A stretch of 64,000 bases of DNA, taken from Eledone cirrhosa (taxonomy: Eukaryota). Positions within the stretch are counted from its first letter, which is position 1. Each line of letters opens with the position of its first letter. The notes under the pieces were generated by a model, which saw only the letters and a program-made list of their open reading frames with translations, made no database searches and was not told the DNA's origin. The stretch is taken from the NCBI GenBank assembly GCA_964016885.1, contig OZ024759.1, positions 36,642,001 through 36,706,000 of the forward strand, in the 5' to 3' direction. The translations under genes and the position numbers were made by a program. Positions 1 to 13,149 of the stretch are shown here, piece by piece.

Positions 1-869
1 ATACCTTAACACCAGTATGAGCAGCTGGTTACAGCCAGTTTGAACAGAGAGAGGTGAGAGTATTCTGGCCTGAAATGGCCGGTTTAAATGTTAAAGGGTT
101 AAGGGTATGCATGTCTGTGGAATATTCAGCCACTTACAAGATGGACTGTAGCTGTAATTGAAAAGTCTAGCTTAGTCACACTGTATCTGTGGAATACTCA
201 GCCACTTACAGTACTATACAAGATAGACAGTAGCTAAGACTATGCTGGGGCACCACCATTATTACTACACTACCATTATCCTTTCTTGGTTGGTCATTGG
301 TCAAGAAAAGGGTTTGAAATCAGTGTCCCTCATTTGTGTTTCTTGCTGGGATCTTTGAAAACATCTACATCCACTTCAGGAAGATTTGTCAGTTATTTTG
401 GCAAAATATTAAAGAGCTTTGCCTGCTTGAACCCTCAACATATGACATTATCTGATCCTTACTCTAGATGTGGAGGGTGGGATGGAACCTGTGATACTAC
501 TCAGTGGTATACTGTTTGGGGGCAGGAACCAGGTGTAGCTCTCAATGGCCAAGTTAAGTACTAACTCTTCCAAGATCTTCCATAATCATCGTTTAACGTC
601 CATCTTCCACGCTTGCATGGGTAGGACGGGCTGTCCCTTTGTGAGGGATCAGGTCGGCAAACCTTGATTTGCTCATTCAGAACTGATTTAACTTGGTTTC
701 TACAGCTGGATGCCCTTCCTAACACCAACCTCATTTACAGTGAGTACTGGGTGCTTTTTGCCATGATACCTACATGACCACTTTACAGTGTGGACTGGGT
801 GCCTTTTGCCGTGACACCTACCATATATATATAGGAATTCTCTCTCTCTATACACACACACACACACAA

Positions 870-1105
870 AGCTTGACCACTTCTTGCACTTTATGTCTGT
901 CCCTTCCTGGTATGAGATCTCAAATGGCTGTTGAGACCTGAAAGCCTGTGAAACACCTGTCCATAAATATTACAATGATGTCTCATTTCATTCTTGTCTC
1001 CACTTTGGGTTTCCTTATTCTGTAGTTCAGATGTCCCTTCAATCCTGATTTGGAGATTTTCTGACAAACATGGCACTGAAACTGATTCTCTCCAACAAAG
1101 TTTGA
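870..1105 (-). mobile_element. Probable LINE (RTE-like) 3' fragment with a degenerate C-terminal CCHH finger
   Basis: CNIYGQVFHRLSGLNSHLRSH*; resembles the terminal finger of the 27310-28430 LINE; bounded by microsatellites. Confidence 0.4.
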
Positions 1106-1109
1106 ATAA

Positions 1110-1147
<38 letters not shown>

Positions 1148-1152
<5 letters not shown>

Positions 1153-1251
1153 AACCAGTAAGACCCCGACAGCTGAGCTCAAGCCGTTTCGACGGCTAAT
1201 TAGCCGTCGAAACGGCTTGAGCTCAGCTGTTGGGGTCTTACTGGTTCCTAT
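1148..1251. repeat. 104-bp loopless palindrome (Penelope-like fold-back)
   Basis: Arms reverse-complementary with one mismatch, centre CTAA|TTAG; contains GCCGTC-GAAAC. Confidence 0.9.
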
Positions 1252-1623
1252 TACCCACTCTACTACCCCAAGTATTGAGTACTTTGGTGCATTATGGTTC
1301 ACCTGTTCCCTTACCACATTTCCTTCGTTATATATATATAGTTGTAATAAAATGAAAACGAAATTTCATTTCTCACTCTTAGTACGGCACTTACTTAAAT
1401 GTAAGTATGTATGTATACGCACATACATATATGTATACAGACGTACAGTAGCATGCATATATATATATACATATATACACATATACATACAGGTACACAT
1501 ACATATATGTGCGTATCAGTTTAGCGGACGCTTATTATAACGCCCGCTTTGTTCGTTATATATATATGCATGCTACTGTACGTCTGTATACATATATGTA
1601 TGTGCGTATACATACATACTTAC

Positions 1624-1662
<39 letters not shown>

Positions 1663-1703
1663 CATACTAGCGTGGAAAAATGGACATTAAACGGTGATGA
1701 TGA

Positions 1704-1736
<33 letters not shown>

Positions 1737-1929
1737 GATTTCTACTTTTGGCACAAGGCCAGCAATTATCTCAGTATATCACTGGTACTTTATTTTATCG
1801 ACCTTGTAAGGATGAAAGGCAAAATTAACCTCGGCGGGATTTGTATGCAAAAGTAAACAGAAACAACAAAGCAAACACAGCTCAATGAAGAAATATATTA
1901 GTTTAATGCTTGATATAGTAGGAAAAGAG

Positions 1930-1965
1930 TCTGTATGTTTCAGGCACTAGTCCTTCATCAGAAGA
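1930..1965 (-). ncRNA. Minimal hammerhead ribozyme-like motif (decayed), Penelope-type
   Basis: Minus strand TCTT-CTGATGA-AGG actagtg CCT-GAAAC ATACAGA; same family and downstream flank as 46274. Confidence 0.55.
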
Positions 1966-2524
1966 TAGAATCAGAAATAAAAGATAAAGTAGAAAGATAG
2001 AGAGGAGGAAATGGTAAAAAAACATTTTGAAAAAAAGCACATGGTCGTGTTTGTGACATGAGAGGAAGCACCTGGTCCACCCTGTAAGGTGTGGTGCTGG
2101 TGACATGACAAAAAGCACCCAGTCTAACCTTTCAGTTGGTTTGGTGCCACAAGAATAAGCTCTGTTTGTGCTGTAAATGTGGTTGGCATTAGGAAGGGCA
2201 TTCAGCCATAGAAACCAAGCCAGCATATCTCCTGTTTACATTGTACCAGCTTTCCTAATACATTCTTTTCTACAAACACACATATACACAGGACCCCAAC
2301 ACAGTTCCCTGAGGAACACTGCTCTTTATGAAAAGTTCATAGACTGACCAAGATACTCTCATGGAATGACCAAATAAGGTTTATTTTTTAACATAGTCCC
2401 TGGAAATAAACATTGCATTTATTAATAAGAAGACTTGAAATTAATGCATGTAAGATTTCACAGATCTAGCATCACTCCTTCATATATAGTTCCTGGAAAG
2501 AAACAATGCAGTTATTAATAAGCA

Positions 2525-3000
2525 CCCATCCACCATCTGAGTGAGTCTGTTGGTCAGTGTCCAAGTCTCAGTCCCATACAGCAGCACAAACTCCATTGTA
2601 GTGACGAAGAGACGGATCTTCAGGTCTTTTCAAAGGTCCGACTTCCACACTGACCTCAAACTGACATGCCACCCAGGATTTGCTCTTCCTCTCCACCATA
2701 CCATCCTTTGTGTTCCCTATCTTTGCTCCCAGATACAGGAATCCTCAACCAACTCTAACGGCTTCCTGCCCATATTCATAATCTTCTCTGGCTTCTTAAT
2801 GTTCTCTACCAGATACTTTGTCTTACACTCATTCATTCTCAGCCCCACACTCATTGACACAGTCTCCACCTCTTGCATCAACTCCTCTGCCTCCTTCACT
2901 GTTTGTCACCAGAGCTATGTTGTCAGCAAATTCAACATCTGATATCTTTTTAACCTTAACTCTCCTGATTTGAGACATTGTTACTGTAAAGCGCAAGTCC
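2525..3000 (-). mobile_element. Degenerate LINE reverse transcriptase fragment
   Basis: Minus strand ISDVEFADNIAL (FADD-like) followed by ..VGLRMNECKTKY; frameshifts. Confidence 0.75.
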
Positions 3001-3527
3001 TAGTCTTTCTCCAGTACAAGGCTCATACAATAGTCCACTGCGATGATGAATATATATTACAATGCTTCATGTAAATTAGTGTTGTAATTTGGTTGTTGTT
3101 GGTGTCATGATAAAATACACCCAGTCCACCCTGTAAAGTGGTTGTGTTGGTGCTATAATAAAATACCCCCAATACACCTCGTAAAGTGGTTGTTGTTGGT
3201 GCCATGATAAAATACACCCAGTACACTCTGTAAGTTGGTTGTGCTGGTGCCACAATAAAGCACTCCCAATCCACTCTGTAAAGTAAGTAGTTGGCATTAG
3301 GAAGGTCATTCAACTTTAGGAAATCAGGAAACCAAGCCAAGAATGGAGCATATGAGTAAGGTATCACTTTACCCTGGAATGTGCTCTTCCCCCACCTCCA
3401 CTAGCCTATGTAAGCATGAAAAATAGCCATTACACAATGATGATGATGATGATTACATACACACGCACACAGAAAATAGCCGTTACACTGTGGCAATGAT
3501 GATGGTATATATATATATATATATATA

Positions 3528-3661
3528 TATTTAGTTATGTAATAAACAACATAAGACAATTATTCCATTTACCAAAGGTTTCACGAAGACAGACGTCTGT
3601 CTTCGTGAAACCTTTGGTAAATGGAATAATTGTCTTATGTTGTTTATTACATAACTAAATA
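3528..3661. repeat. 134-bp perfect palindrome followed by a family tail (to about 3718)
   Basis: Centre AGAC|GTCT at 3594/3595; related sequence at 13051-13175, 28764-28928, 46770-46900 and 56625-56750. Confidence 0.92.
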
Positions 3662-3714
3662 GCTCTGTAGCATACATTGAGCACTCTCCTTTCTTTTACC
3701 CTTCCTACGGAAAT

Positions 3715-3761
<47 letters not shown>

Positions 3762-4052
3762 CTACACACCTTGCTAAGTCACCTGTTCTATGACACTGAA
3801 CTGAGTTTTCAACAGACTTTTGACACTTTTATCCGTTCCACTCCTGGCACAGATACATCACCTCCTCCTCCCCCACTTTTCTCTCTCTCTGTATTTCTCT
3901 TATATTCAAACTCCCTCCCCCCTCTCTCTCTCTCGTCTACTTCCTCCTCTCTGTCTGTTGGAAACAGATTCCAAAATTGAAATGTCACACTTGGCTCTGT
4001 GAAATATACCCCTTCTCTCTCTTATATATATATATATTATATATATATATAT

Positions 4053-4083
<31 letters not shown>

Positions 4084-4296
4084 ATATATATATATATAGA
4101 GAGAGAGAGACAGACTAAAAGAGAGACAAATATATAGACAGGTATAGATAAAGAGAGAGAGAGAGAGACACGGATAGACAGATAGTTGGAGGTAGAGATA
4201 GAATGAGATAAACTCACACACACATATATATCATATATATATATATATATGTGTGTGTGTTTATCTCATTCTATCTCTACCTCCATCTGTCTTTCC

Positions 4297-4387
<91 letters not shown>

Positions 4388-5648
4388 CCTGTCTATATAT
4401 TTGTTTCTCTTTTAGTCTGTCTATATCTTCAACTGCCTGTGTCTATCTATCTGTCTATCTCTCCATATCTCCATCTGTCTCTCTATATCTACCTATCTCT
4501 GTCTATACCTGTCTCTCTATCTCTATCTCTCTATCTATACCTGTCTATCTATCTCTCTATATCTCTATCTGTCTGTCACTGTCTATCACTGCCTATCTCT
4601 ATTCATCTCTCTATCTATACCTGTCTATCTATCTTTCTATATCTGTCTGTCTATCTCTCTATATCTCTGTCTGTCTGCCTGTCTGTCACTGTCTATCTAT
4701 ATTTATCTCTCTATCTATACCTATCTATCTATCACTGTCTGTCTGTCTCTCTATATCTCTATATCTGTCTGTCTATCTTTCTATATCTGTCTATCTGTCT
4801 GTTCGTCTTTCATCCAAATTCTCTGTCTTCCTCTCCATTGGAAACAGATTCAAATACTGGAATGTCACACTTTTCTCCAGCACCATGTCACGTATCCACT
4901 CTCCTATTTTACCTCTTTCACAATGTCACGTAACAACTAACCCCCCCCCCCCCTCTCCCCCTCCCTCCCCCCCCTCTCTCTCTCTCAAACATACTATTTA
5001 TTTTACTACCTGCTTTTTTTTTACCTGTATCACACATCCACTATCCCTGCCTCCTCTGTCTCTGTACCTCAACCTTGTCTCTCAATCAGGCTATATCTCT
5101 TTCTACCAACCTGTCTCACATTATATCTCTTTGTCTCTCTCTACATCGTCCATCTTCCCTCTCTCTCTACCTTGTCCATACCCCCACTCCTCTCTACTTC
5201 TCAAGGCACTCTTACCTCTTGTATGCCATCTTCATTATTTAATTGCTTAATTAAGCTATTCTAATATTGTCTTTAAAAATAAACAGTTTTACAGCTATAT
5301 AGGCCAAAATAAACAGGACACACACACACACATACATATGCATACATATACATTCCCTTACACATTCCCTCAGGTACACCTAAACACACATACATTCCAA
5401 CAGGCACACATACACACACACATGCATTCCCTCACACATACACACAGGTACATTCCCTCAAGTACACCCACACATATATACACACACAGGGTGATGGCTG
5501 CCGACACAGCCTGGTAGGTTTTATTTCTCATTGGAACCTCTTCAGTTTTAATAGGAGTGAATATGAAGCCATATAGGATACGTTTGTGTATGATAAACAT
5601 ATATAAGCTGTGATCATGTCACACCTATCTCAGTAACCATGTGGGAAT

Positions 5649-5687
5649 TTCAGACATGTTTCAGGATATTTATCCGTCATCAGTGAA
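5649..5687 (-). ncRNA. Minimal type I hammerhead ribozyme-like motif
   Basis: Minus strand TTCA-CTGATGA-c GGAT aaat ATCC t-GAAAC AT GTC-TGAA; stem I TTCA/TGAA, palindromic stem III ACATGT. Confidence 0.65.
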
Positions 5688-5839
5688 GTTTTACTTACTC
5701 GGTACTAAGACAAGAATAAGCTATGGCTTATATACTTTTTACATATAAAACATCAGCTGGATATGCTTGTTTGCATACAGTGCAAGCCTGACTGGCTACG
5801 ATTAATTATCATTAGCACTGACATAGTGTGATTCATAAT

Positions 5840-6205
5840 AGAGATCCACCATCTTGGTGCTACACGAAAATGCTGAGGATGGCTCTGAACATTAATCAGT
5901 ATACACTGAGGATGAAGAACTCAGAGCTGTACGGGAGCCTCCCCAAAGTCAGCTGGAGAGTGGCCCAGAGGAGACTGGGTTAGCTGGACATGCTCACTGG
6001 CATCCAGAGTTGACACTGCACTCAGTGCTCCTGTGGGAACCCCCTACACACTAGAAGGGGGATACTGAGGGTGACATATGTTGATGTCCTAAGGACAGAC
6101 ACTGGTCTCTTGGAGATGCATCACATGGCAGCAATAATGAGGGACAGAGACCGCTGGAGAGAACTCGTCCATGGATCTTGCGAATTTTACCTGCCCTAGA
6201 CGATA
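5840..6205 (+). mobile_element. Degenerate RTE/RTE-X LINE 3' fragment
   Basis: CYTKMLRMALN...NSELYGSLPKVS..QRRLGLAGH..HPEL..VLLWEP. Confidence 0.7.
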
Positions 6206-6294
6206 ATAGAGATGTTTATAAAGTCATATATATGTGTTTGTATAATAAACATTGGTTTCACTTTGAAGGTTTTAAGCTGGGATCATGTCACAGC

Positions 6295-6458
6295 CAGTGC
6301 CGGATTTAGGACAAAGGAGGCCCTGTTAAGTTATAAGGCCCTTTATTTGGACCCTGAAGGAGGTAAAACATTTTTTGGAGGGCAGGATGATGGGGGACCC
6401 CTGGCCTACAGGACCCTGTGCTTAAGCACACCTAAGCATAGTGGTCAATCCAGCACTG
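6295..6458. mobile_element. hAT-type MITE, 164 bp
   Basis: TIR CAGTGCCGGATT / AATCCAGCACTG; 8-bp TSD GTCACAGC at 6287-6294 and 6459-6466. Confidence 0.85.
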
Positions 6459-7905
6459 GTCACAGCTATCTCACTTGGCATTTTGGATCCAAGATTTGTG
6501 TAGACAGAAGCTATTTGGAAGCCCATTGGATATATTGTACCTGGTAAAGACGCCTGTACCATGATGTCACACAGTAGGATTGAACCCAGGACCAAATGAT
6601 TGGGAAGCAAACATGTTGTTGTTGTTGTTTAACCCCAGGTCAGCCCTGATCCTGTGGACCTATCATCAAAGCTGTTCCAGTCACAACCATCATGTCTTAC
6701 TCTAACCTAATGTATTTATGATACCTTATCTACTACGTCTGTCTTTGGTCCATTGTGTAGTAGTAGACATAGTATTAGTAGTAGTAGTAGCAGTGGTGGT
6801 AGTAGTAGTTGTTGTTTAACCCCAGGTCAACCATGATCCCCTGGACCTATGATCAAAGGTGTTTCAGCTGTGACTCTCATCATTTATTTAAATATAGTAA
6901 TTTTATGACTACATTAGCTAGTGTATCCCTCGTTGTTGTTGTTGTTTAGCCCCAGGTCAACCATGACCCAGCAGGTCTATGATCAAAGGTCTTCCAGCTG
7001 TGACCATCATGTCTTTTATTATCCAATGTCTTTCTTTGTTGGTTTGTAGTAATAGTAGTAGTAGTGGTGGTGGTGGTGGTAGTAGTTGTAGTTGTAGTAG
7101 TTGTATTAGTAGTAGTAGTAGTAAAAGTAGTAGTTTAGTAGCTGTAGTAGTAGTAAGTATTATTTAGCTCCAGGGCAACCACAACCTAGTGGACCTATCA
7201 TCAAAGCTGTTCCAGTCATGACCATCATGTCTTTTAGTGTATTCATGATTTATAAATAAGTTAACCAAGCCCTAAATTATTCCCTATTTTTCTTTGTGTT
7301 GTTTAAAACAGTAGGGCAAGATTTGAGGGAGTTTTAGCTGTTATTTCGTGTGAGGTCGTGTGACCAGCTAATCTGTCCGATTTATTGATGTATTGTTAAA
7401 CATCTGTTGTTAGGAATCAATATCAAAAGACCCAGTCTTCAGTAAGAAGCCACACTTGTTAAACAATCCTTTCTCATGTTTAGCTAATCTTTAAACTCCT
7501 CCACCACCTTCTACTTTTGTCTTCCATTTTCAACCTTTTTACCTCTTTGTCTCTCTCTTTCTCACTCTCTCTCTCACTGTCTCCTTAATCCCTTTCTCTC
7601 TCTCCTCTCTCTCCCTATCTCTCTCTCCCCCATCACTCCCCCACCCTAGCCCCATACCCCTCAACTATATTATGTCAGGGTGGTTCTGTCTGTCCCAGGT
7701 AACATCTGTTGTCTCAACTGTACACAAGGGAGCACCTGAGTACCCCCTCCCCACCCCTACACCACAAACCTCATTAATTAATCAGGTCACTAGATTGCTT
7801 CCTATGTTGTTATAGTTCACACCTGTGTAAGCTTAGCTGGTTTTATACAGGTGACACCTTACAGGGGAGCTTTCTTTGGTGTTTGGGTTCTATTACACTC
7901 TAGAA

Positions 7906-8813
7906 CAGGCATGGGCAACCTTTTTTGAGAAGTGGGCCACATGAGATATGGCTCATCATCAAGTGGGCCACATGAGATATGGCTCATCATCAGGTGGGCC
8001 ACATGAGATATGGCTCATCATCAGGCGGGTCACATGAGATATGGTTCATCATCAGGCGGGCCACATGAGATATGGCTCATCATCAGGCGGGCCACATGAG
8101 ATATGGTTCATCATCAGGCGGGCCACATGAGATATGGCTCATCATCAGGCGGGCCACATGAGATATGGCTCATCATCAGGCGGGCCACATGAGATATGGC
8201 TCATCATCAGGTGGGTCACATGAGATATGGTTCATCATCAGGCGGGCCACATGAGATATGGCTCATCATCAGGCGGGCCACATGAGATATGGCTCATCAT
8301 CAGGCGGGCCACATGAGATATGGCTCATCATCAGGTGGGTCACATGAGATATGGTTCATCATCAGGCGGGCCACATGAGATATGGCTCATCATCAGGCGG
8401 GCCACATGAGATATGGTTCATCATCAAGTGGGCCACATGAGATATGGTTCATCATCAGGTGGGCCACATGAGATATGGTTCATCATCAAGTGGGCCACAT
8501 GAGATATGGCTCATCATCAGGTGGGCCACATGAGATATGGCTCATCATCAGGTGGGCCACATGAGATATGGCTCATCATCAGGCGGGCCGCAAGCGCTAA
8601 TTTACATTTGTGCCCACATTAAAAACAAGAACGGTAATTCAGATTGTTTTGATTTGTTTCTTCAGAATTCCTACATGTTGTTTTCCTTAATCGTAAAAAT
8701 GATAGAAAGATAAATTACGACTGAAAAGTTTGGGTAAAAAAAATCAGATTTCACTTAAGTGACTTAGGCGAGCCATTGAGGAAGCTTCGCGGGACGCAGG
8801 TTGCCCATGACTG
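7906..8813. mobile_element. hAT-type MITE with an internal 31-bp x21 tandem array (7932-8582)
   Basis: TIR CAGGCATGGGCAACC / GGTTGCCCATGACTG; 8-bp TSD CTCTAGAA on both sides; unit GYGGGCCACATGAGATATGGCTCATCATCAG. Confidence 0.92.
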
Positions 8814-10921
8814 CTCTAGAAGGTGACAGGGTTTATAGTCTTCTAAGTTTGGGTGTCTCTGCTTTAAAGAAAGAATTTATTAATATAAAAGGAAAAGAAA
8901 ATAACATTTGATAGATTTTTTATTGAATTTTCTTAAGTTGTCCTGTTGGTCCATCATCTTGGAAGAACTGCATCATATCAGCATCACCATCACTATTATC
9001 ATCATGACACCAACAACAACACCACCACCACCACCAATGGTGGAGGTGAATGTATGTGTATAATTGATGTGTGTGTTTGTGTATGCATGTGTGTATATAT
9101 ATATGTATGTGTATGCATGTGTGTATATATATGTGTATATATATATATGTATGTATGTGTATGCATGTGTGTGTATGTATGTGTGTATATATATATAAAT
9201 GTATGTGTATGCACGTGTGTATATATATGCATGTGTGTATATGTATGTGTATGCACGTGTGTATATATATGCATGTGTGTATATGTATGTGTATGCATGT
9301 GTGTATATATATGCATGTGTGTATATGTATGTGTATGCATGTGTGTGTGTGAGTAAGATGTAAAGTTGACAGTTGAAGAGTGAAAAACATAGATTGTTGG
9401 TCAAGTATAGTAGTGGTCAGTGGGGAAATATGTGATGTATATAATGTGTGTATATATATATATAAAGTGTGTGTATGTATATATAATGTGTGTGTATGTA
9501 TATATAATGTGTATGTATGTATATATAATGTGTGTATGTATGTATGTATATATATATATATATGTGTGTGTATGTGTGTATATATATATATGTGTGTATA
9601 TATATGTGTATATATATATATATATGTATGTGTGTGTATATATATATGTGTGTATATATATATATATATATGTATGTAACCTCCAATGAATGTCACCTGA
9701 CCTTTTAAAGATAACTGTAATGTCATCAACTCCGCCTTGAGTGGAAATCAATGAATATTGAGAGAAATTATTATTATTAATCACTTTTTGTGTACAGAAG
9801 GAATAATGGAAAGTGTATTTACATTTCATATTTTCACAGTAAGGTTTAATTAGAATTACTGATCTCTCTCAGACAGGGTGGGGCATGAATCTTCTTTACA
9901 GAGTGTACTCGGTGTGTTTTATTGTGACACCAGCACTGTCACTTTACAGAGTGTACTGGGTGTATTATATCATGACACCAACACTACCACTTTACAGATT
10001 GTACTGGGTGTATTTTATTTTGACACTGGGTAGAGGGAAGTTAAGTGTACTGGGTGCCTTTAATCGTGTCACAAACACTAGAGAGGTTTTCATGTCTTTG
10101 ATACAACTGAAGAGTCCTCTTCATTCTTTGTTTGGCAATATTTCTATGATTGGATGCCCTTCCTATCACCAACCACTTTACAGAATGTACTGGGTGTTTT
10201 ATTGTGGCACCAGTCTCAATACTAGGAAGGTTGTCATGTCTTTGACACAACTGAACAGTCCTTGTGGTCCTTTCTTTCTATGGCTGGATGCCCTTCCTAT
10301 TACCAACTACTTTCAGGGGCTACAGTGTCTGTTTTATCATGTCGCTGACAATATGGAGGTTGTGCCATTGATACAACATCCTCTTGACCATTTTTTGGCA
10401 TGGTTTCTACAGCTGAGTGTGTTCTATCATGGGATATATATAACAGGCTTTCACATAGTTTCTGTCTACCAAATTCCCCGCACAAGACATTAGTGAATAC
10501 GAGGCTATGATATTATAAGATATTTGTCCAAGGACACCACATACAGAAGGACATGGGTTGTGAAGTCAATATCTTACCACACAGCCATATGTTGAACAAG
10601 ATGATGGTGATGGTGACAATGATGATGATGATATAATGAAGATGATGATGATGATGGCAATGATGGTATTGATGACGACACAGCTGATGATGATATTGAT
10701 GGCAGCGATGATGATGATGACAAAGATACCAACGATGATGATTGTGATGGTGATGATGATATTGGCTTTGATTCTGTTGCCAAATGCTGGAACATTGCTG
10801 CTGTGGTTGGTGGGGTCATCAGGTTCATATTTGTAGATTGACATGGCATGTAGGGATGGAGACAGAGAGATAGTGGGAGAGAGAGAAAGGGGGATATAGA
10901 TATATATATATAGAGAGAAAG

Positions 10922-10988
<67 letters not shown>

Positions 10989-11514
10989 GAAAGGAAGGGG
11001 GATATATAGATAGATATATATAGAGAGAAGGATATATGTATAGAAAGAGGGGGCATAGAGTGAGAGAGAGAGAGAGGAGGGGGGACACAGATAAGAATAA
11101 TGGTGATAATAATTACCTGAAATATATTGATCAAGATGGACAGGAAATTGTTTCATTGAATGGAACTTTGCTAAGGATTAATTCATTTAGCCACTTGTAG
11201 TAGTAGTAGTGGTGGTAGTTGTTGTAGTAGTGGTGGTAGTTGTTGTAGTGGTGGTAGTTGTTGTTGTAGTGGTACTTGTTGTAGTGGTAGTTGTTGTTGT
11301 AGTAGTGGTGGTGGTGGTAGTTGTTGTAGTAGTGGTAGTTGTAGTAGTGGTGGTGGTGGTAGTTGTTGTAGTAGTGGTAGTTGTGGTAGTGGTAGTAGTT
11401 GTTGTTGTTGTTGTGGTTACAATACATACACTGTATGTAATACGAGTAGCTAGTTAAATGTAGACAAGACATGTCTGTGGAATACTCAGTCACTTAGAAT
11501 GTGTGTGTGTACAC

Positions 11515-11545
<31 letters not shown>

Positions 11546-11671
11546 TACGTATATACACACTCATGTATGTATATATATGTATATATTATACATATACTCA
11601 TATGTATGTGTGTATATGTATATATTACATTCATACACACACTCATGTATGTGTATATATGTATATATTAT

Positions 11672-11733
<62 letters not shown>

Positions 11734-12079
11734 TTTCAGTTGTTAGAACTCTGTTGAATCCAATGACAAATGTTCCAGTTTTGATCAATGGAACAGCCAG
11801 CTCATGAAATTAACATGTAAGTGGCTGAGCATTCCATAGACATGTGTATCCTTAACCCTTTAGTTACCAACCTGTCCAAACCCAGCTCTGGTTCTATGAA
11901 ATAAAACCACCCATTTTGAAGGTTTCCAATTTAAATTAAAATCTTCCAACATAATTTAATTTTATATAACAACCTTACATTAAGTTATCTTTGTAATGAA
12001 ATATTTAGTAATTTTAGTAAATCCCTCACAATTCTTCATTAATTAATTAAAATGGAGTGTATTTCATTAGAAATGTGAT

Positions 12080-12362
12080 CATGAGTAGTGTGCGGGAGAG
12101 AAGACTGTGTTGGTATGGACATGTGATGTGCATGGAGGATGACCGCTGGGTAAAGAAGTGCCAAGAAATGCCAGTAGAAGGGAGACGCAGTAGAGAAAGA
12201 CCACGTAAAACATGGGCGGGGGTGGCGAGAGCTGACCTCAGATCGCTGAAGCTCATGGAGGAGATGACGAAGGACCGTGACAAGGGGAGAGATGCTGTGC
12301 TGAATAGGACCAGTCCCACCCTTGCAAGCAGGGAAAGGTGGACGAAAAATGATGATGATGAG
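12080..12362 (+). mobile_element. RTE LINE 3' end with (GAT)n tail; further copies at 13250-13432(-), 29480-29590(-), 31420-31480(-), 55655-55870(+), 63705-64000(-)
   Basis: VRERRLCWYGHVMCMEDDRWVKKC...RERPRKTW; shared 3' UTR cccacccttgcaagcagggaaa. Confidence 0.85.
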
Positions 12363-12529
12363 TATGTGTGTTTGTGTATGATATATATATACAGGGTGAG
12401 TCACAAGTAACTGGACCGAAACAATGTATTTTTATTGCAAGGTTCACAGATAACTTTCTGAACATCCGTTTATTTGTGTGTGATCAGCCATGCTTATGTT
12501 TTACCTACTTTTGTTTGCTGTATTTATAA

Positions 12530-12736
12530 TTTCTTAATGTGTGACCAGAAATTTAGTAAATATCACTTGCAACTGGCCGGTTACTTATGGCTCATAGTGT
12601 GTGTGTATGTGTAATGGAGAAATGGCTTCTACAGGACTAGAACTGTTTCATCCGAAGAAAATCATCAGGAAAGCCGTGATGATTTCCTTCGGATGAAACA
12701 GTTCTAGTCCTGTAGAAGCCATTTCTCCATTAAAAA

Positions 12737-12768
<32 letters not shown>

Positions 12769-12852
12769 ATACACATACACACACACTATGAGCCATAAGT
12801 AACCGAGCAGTTCCAAGTGATAGTTACTAAATTTCTGGTCACACATTAAGAG
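12530..12852. repeat. Nested inverted repeat: inner 121-bp hairpin 12612-12732 inside an inverted duplication of flanking DNA
   Basis: Inner arms taatggagaaatggc...atcatca / tgatgat...atttctccatta; outer arms about 12530-12611 and 12770-12852. Confidence 0.88.
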
Positions 12853-13069
12853 AACAGTTCTAGTCCTGTAGAAGCCATTTCTTTATTAAATCTTGTATAT
12901 ACTCTATGTATTCATTACCTTACTTACTGTGGTTGCCCCCGATTGAACCCGGGATAAACACACACACATATCATCATCATCGTTTAATGCCCATCTTCCA
13001 CGAAAGTGTGTATAAATTTTTGGGAGACACCCTGTATATATGTATGCCCATTCATGAGATGAAATAGTT

Positions 13070-13149
13070 AACTATTTCTTCTGATGAACTGACTGGACGT
13101 TTCTGTAAGGATCGTCTAGTTTCTTGAAACCTTTGGTAATGGAATAATT
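13070..13149 (+). ncRNA. Hammerhead ribozyme-like motif with long stem II
   Basis: AACTATTTCTT-CTGATGA-actgactggacg...cgtctagtttctt-GAAAC CTTTG GTA-ATGGAATAATT. Confidence 0.55.

Noticed and set aside
286-564. 92-aa ORF
   Set aside because: Non-ATG start, no recognisable homology or convincing splice sites
891-1076. Host C2H2 zinc-finger gene
   Set aside because: Single finger lacking the second Cys, with no TGEKP linker or array; better explained as a LINE C-terminal finger
7932-8582. 31-bp array as a CRISPR array or as tandem hammerheads (minus strand reads CTGATGA-TGAG..CTCA)
   Set aside because: No unique spacers and no cas genes in a eukaryotic context; the GAAA half of the hammerhead core is absent
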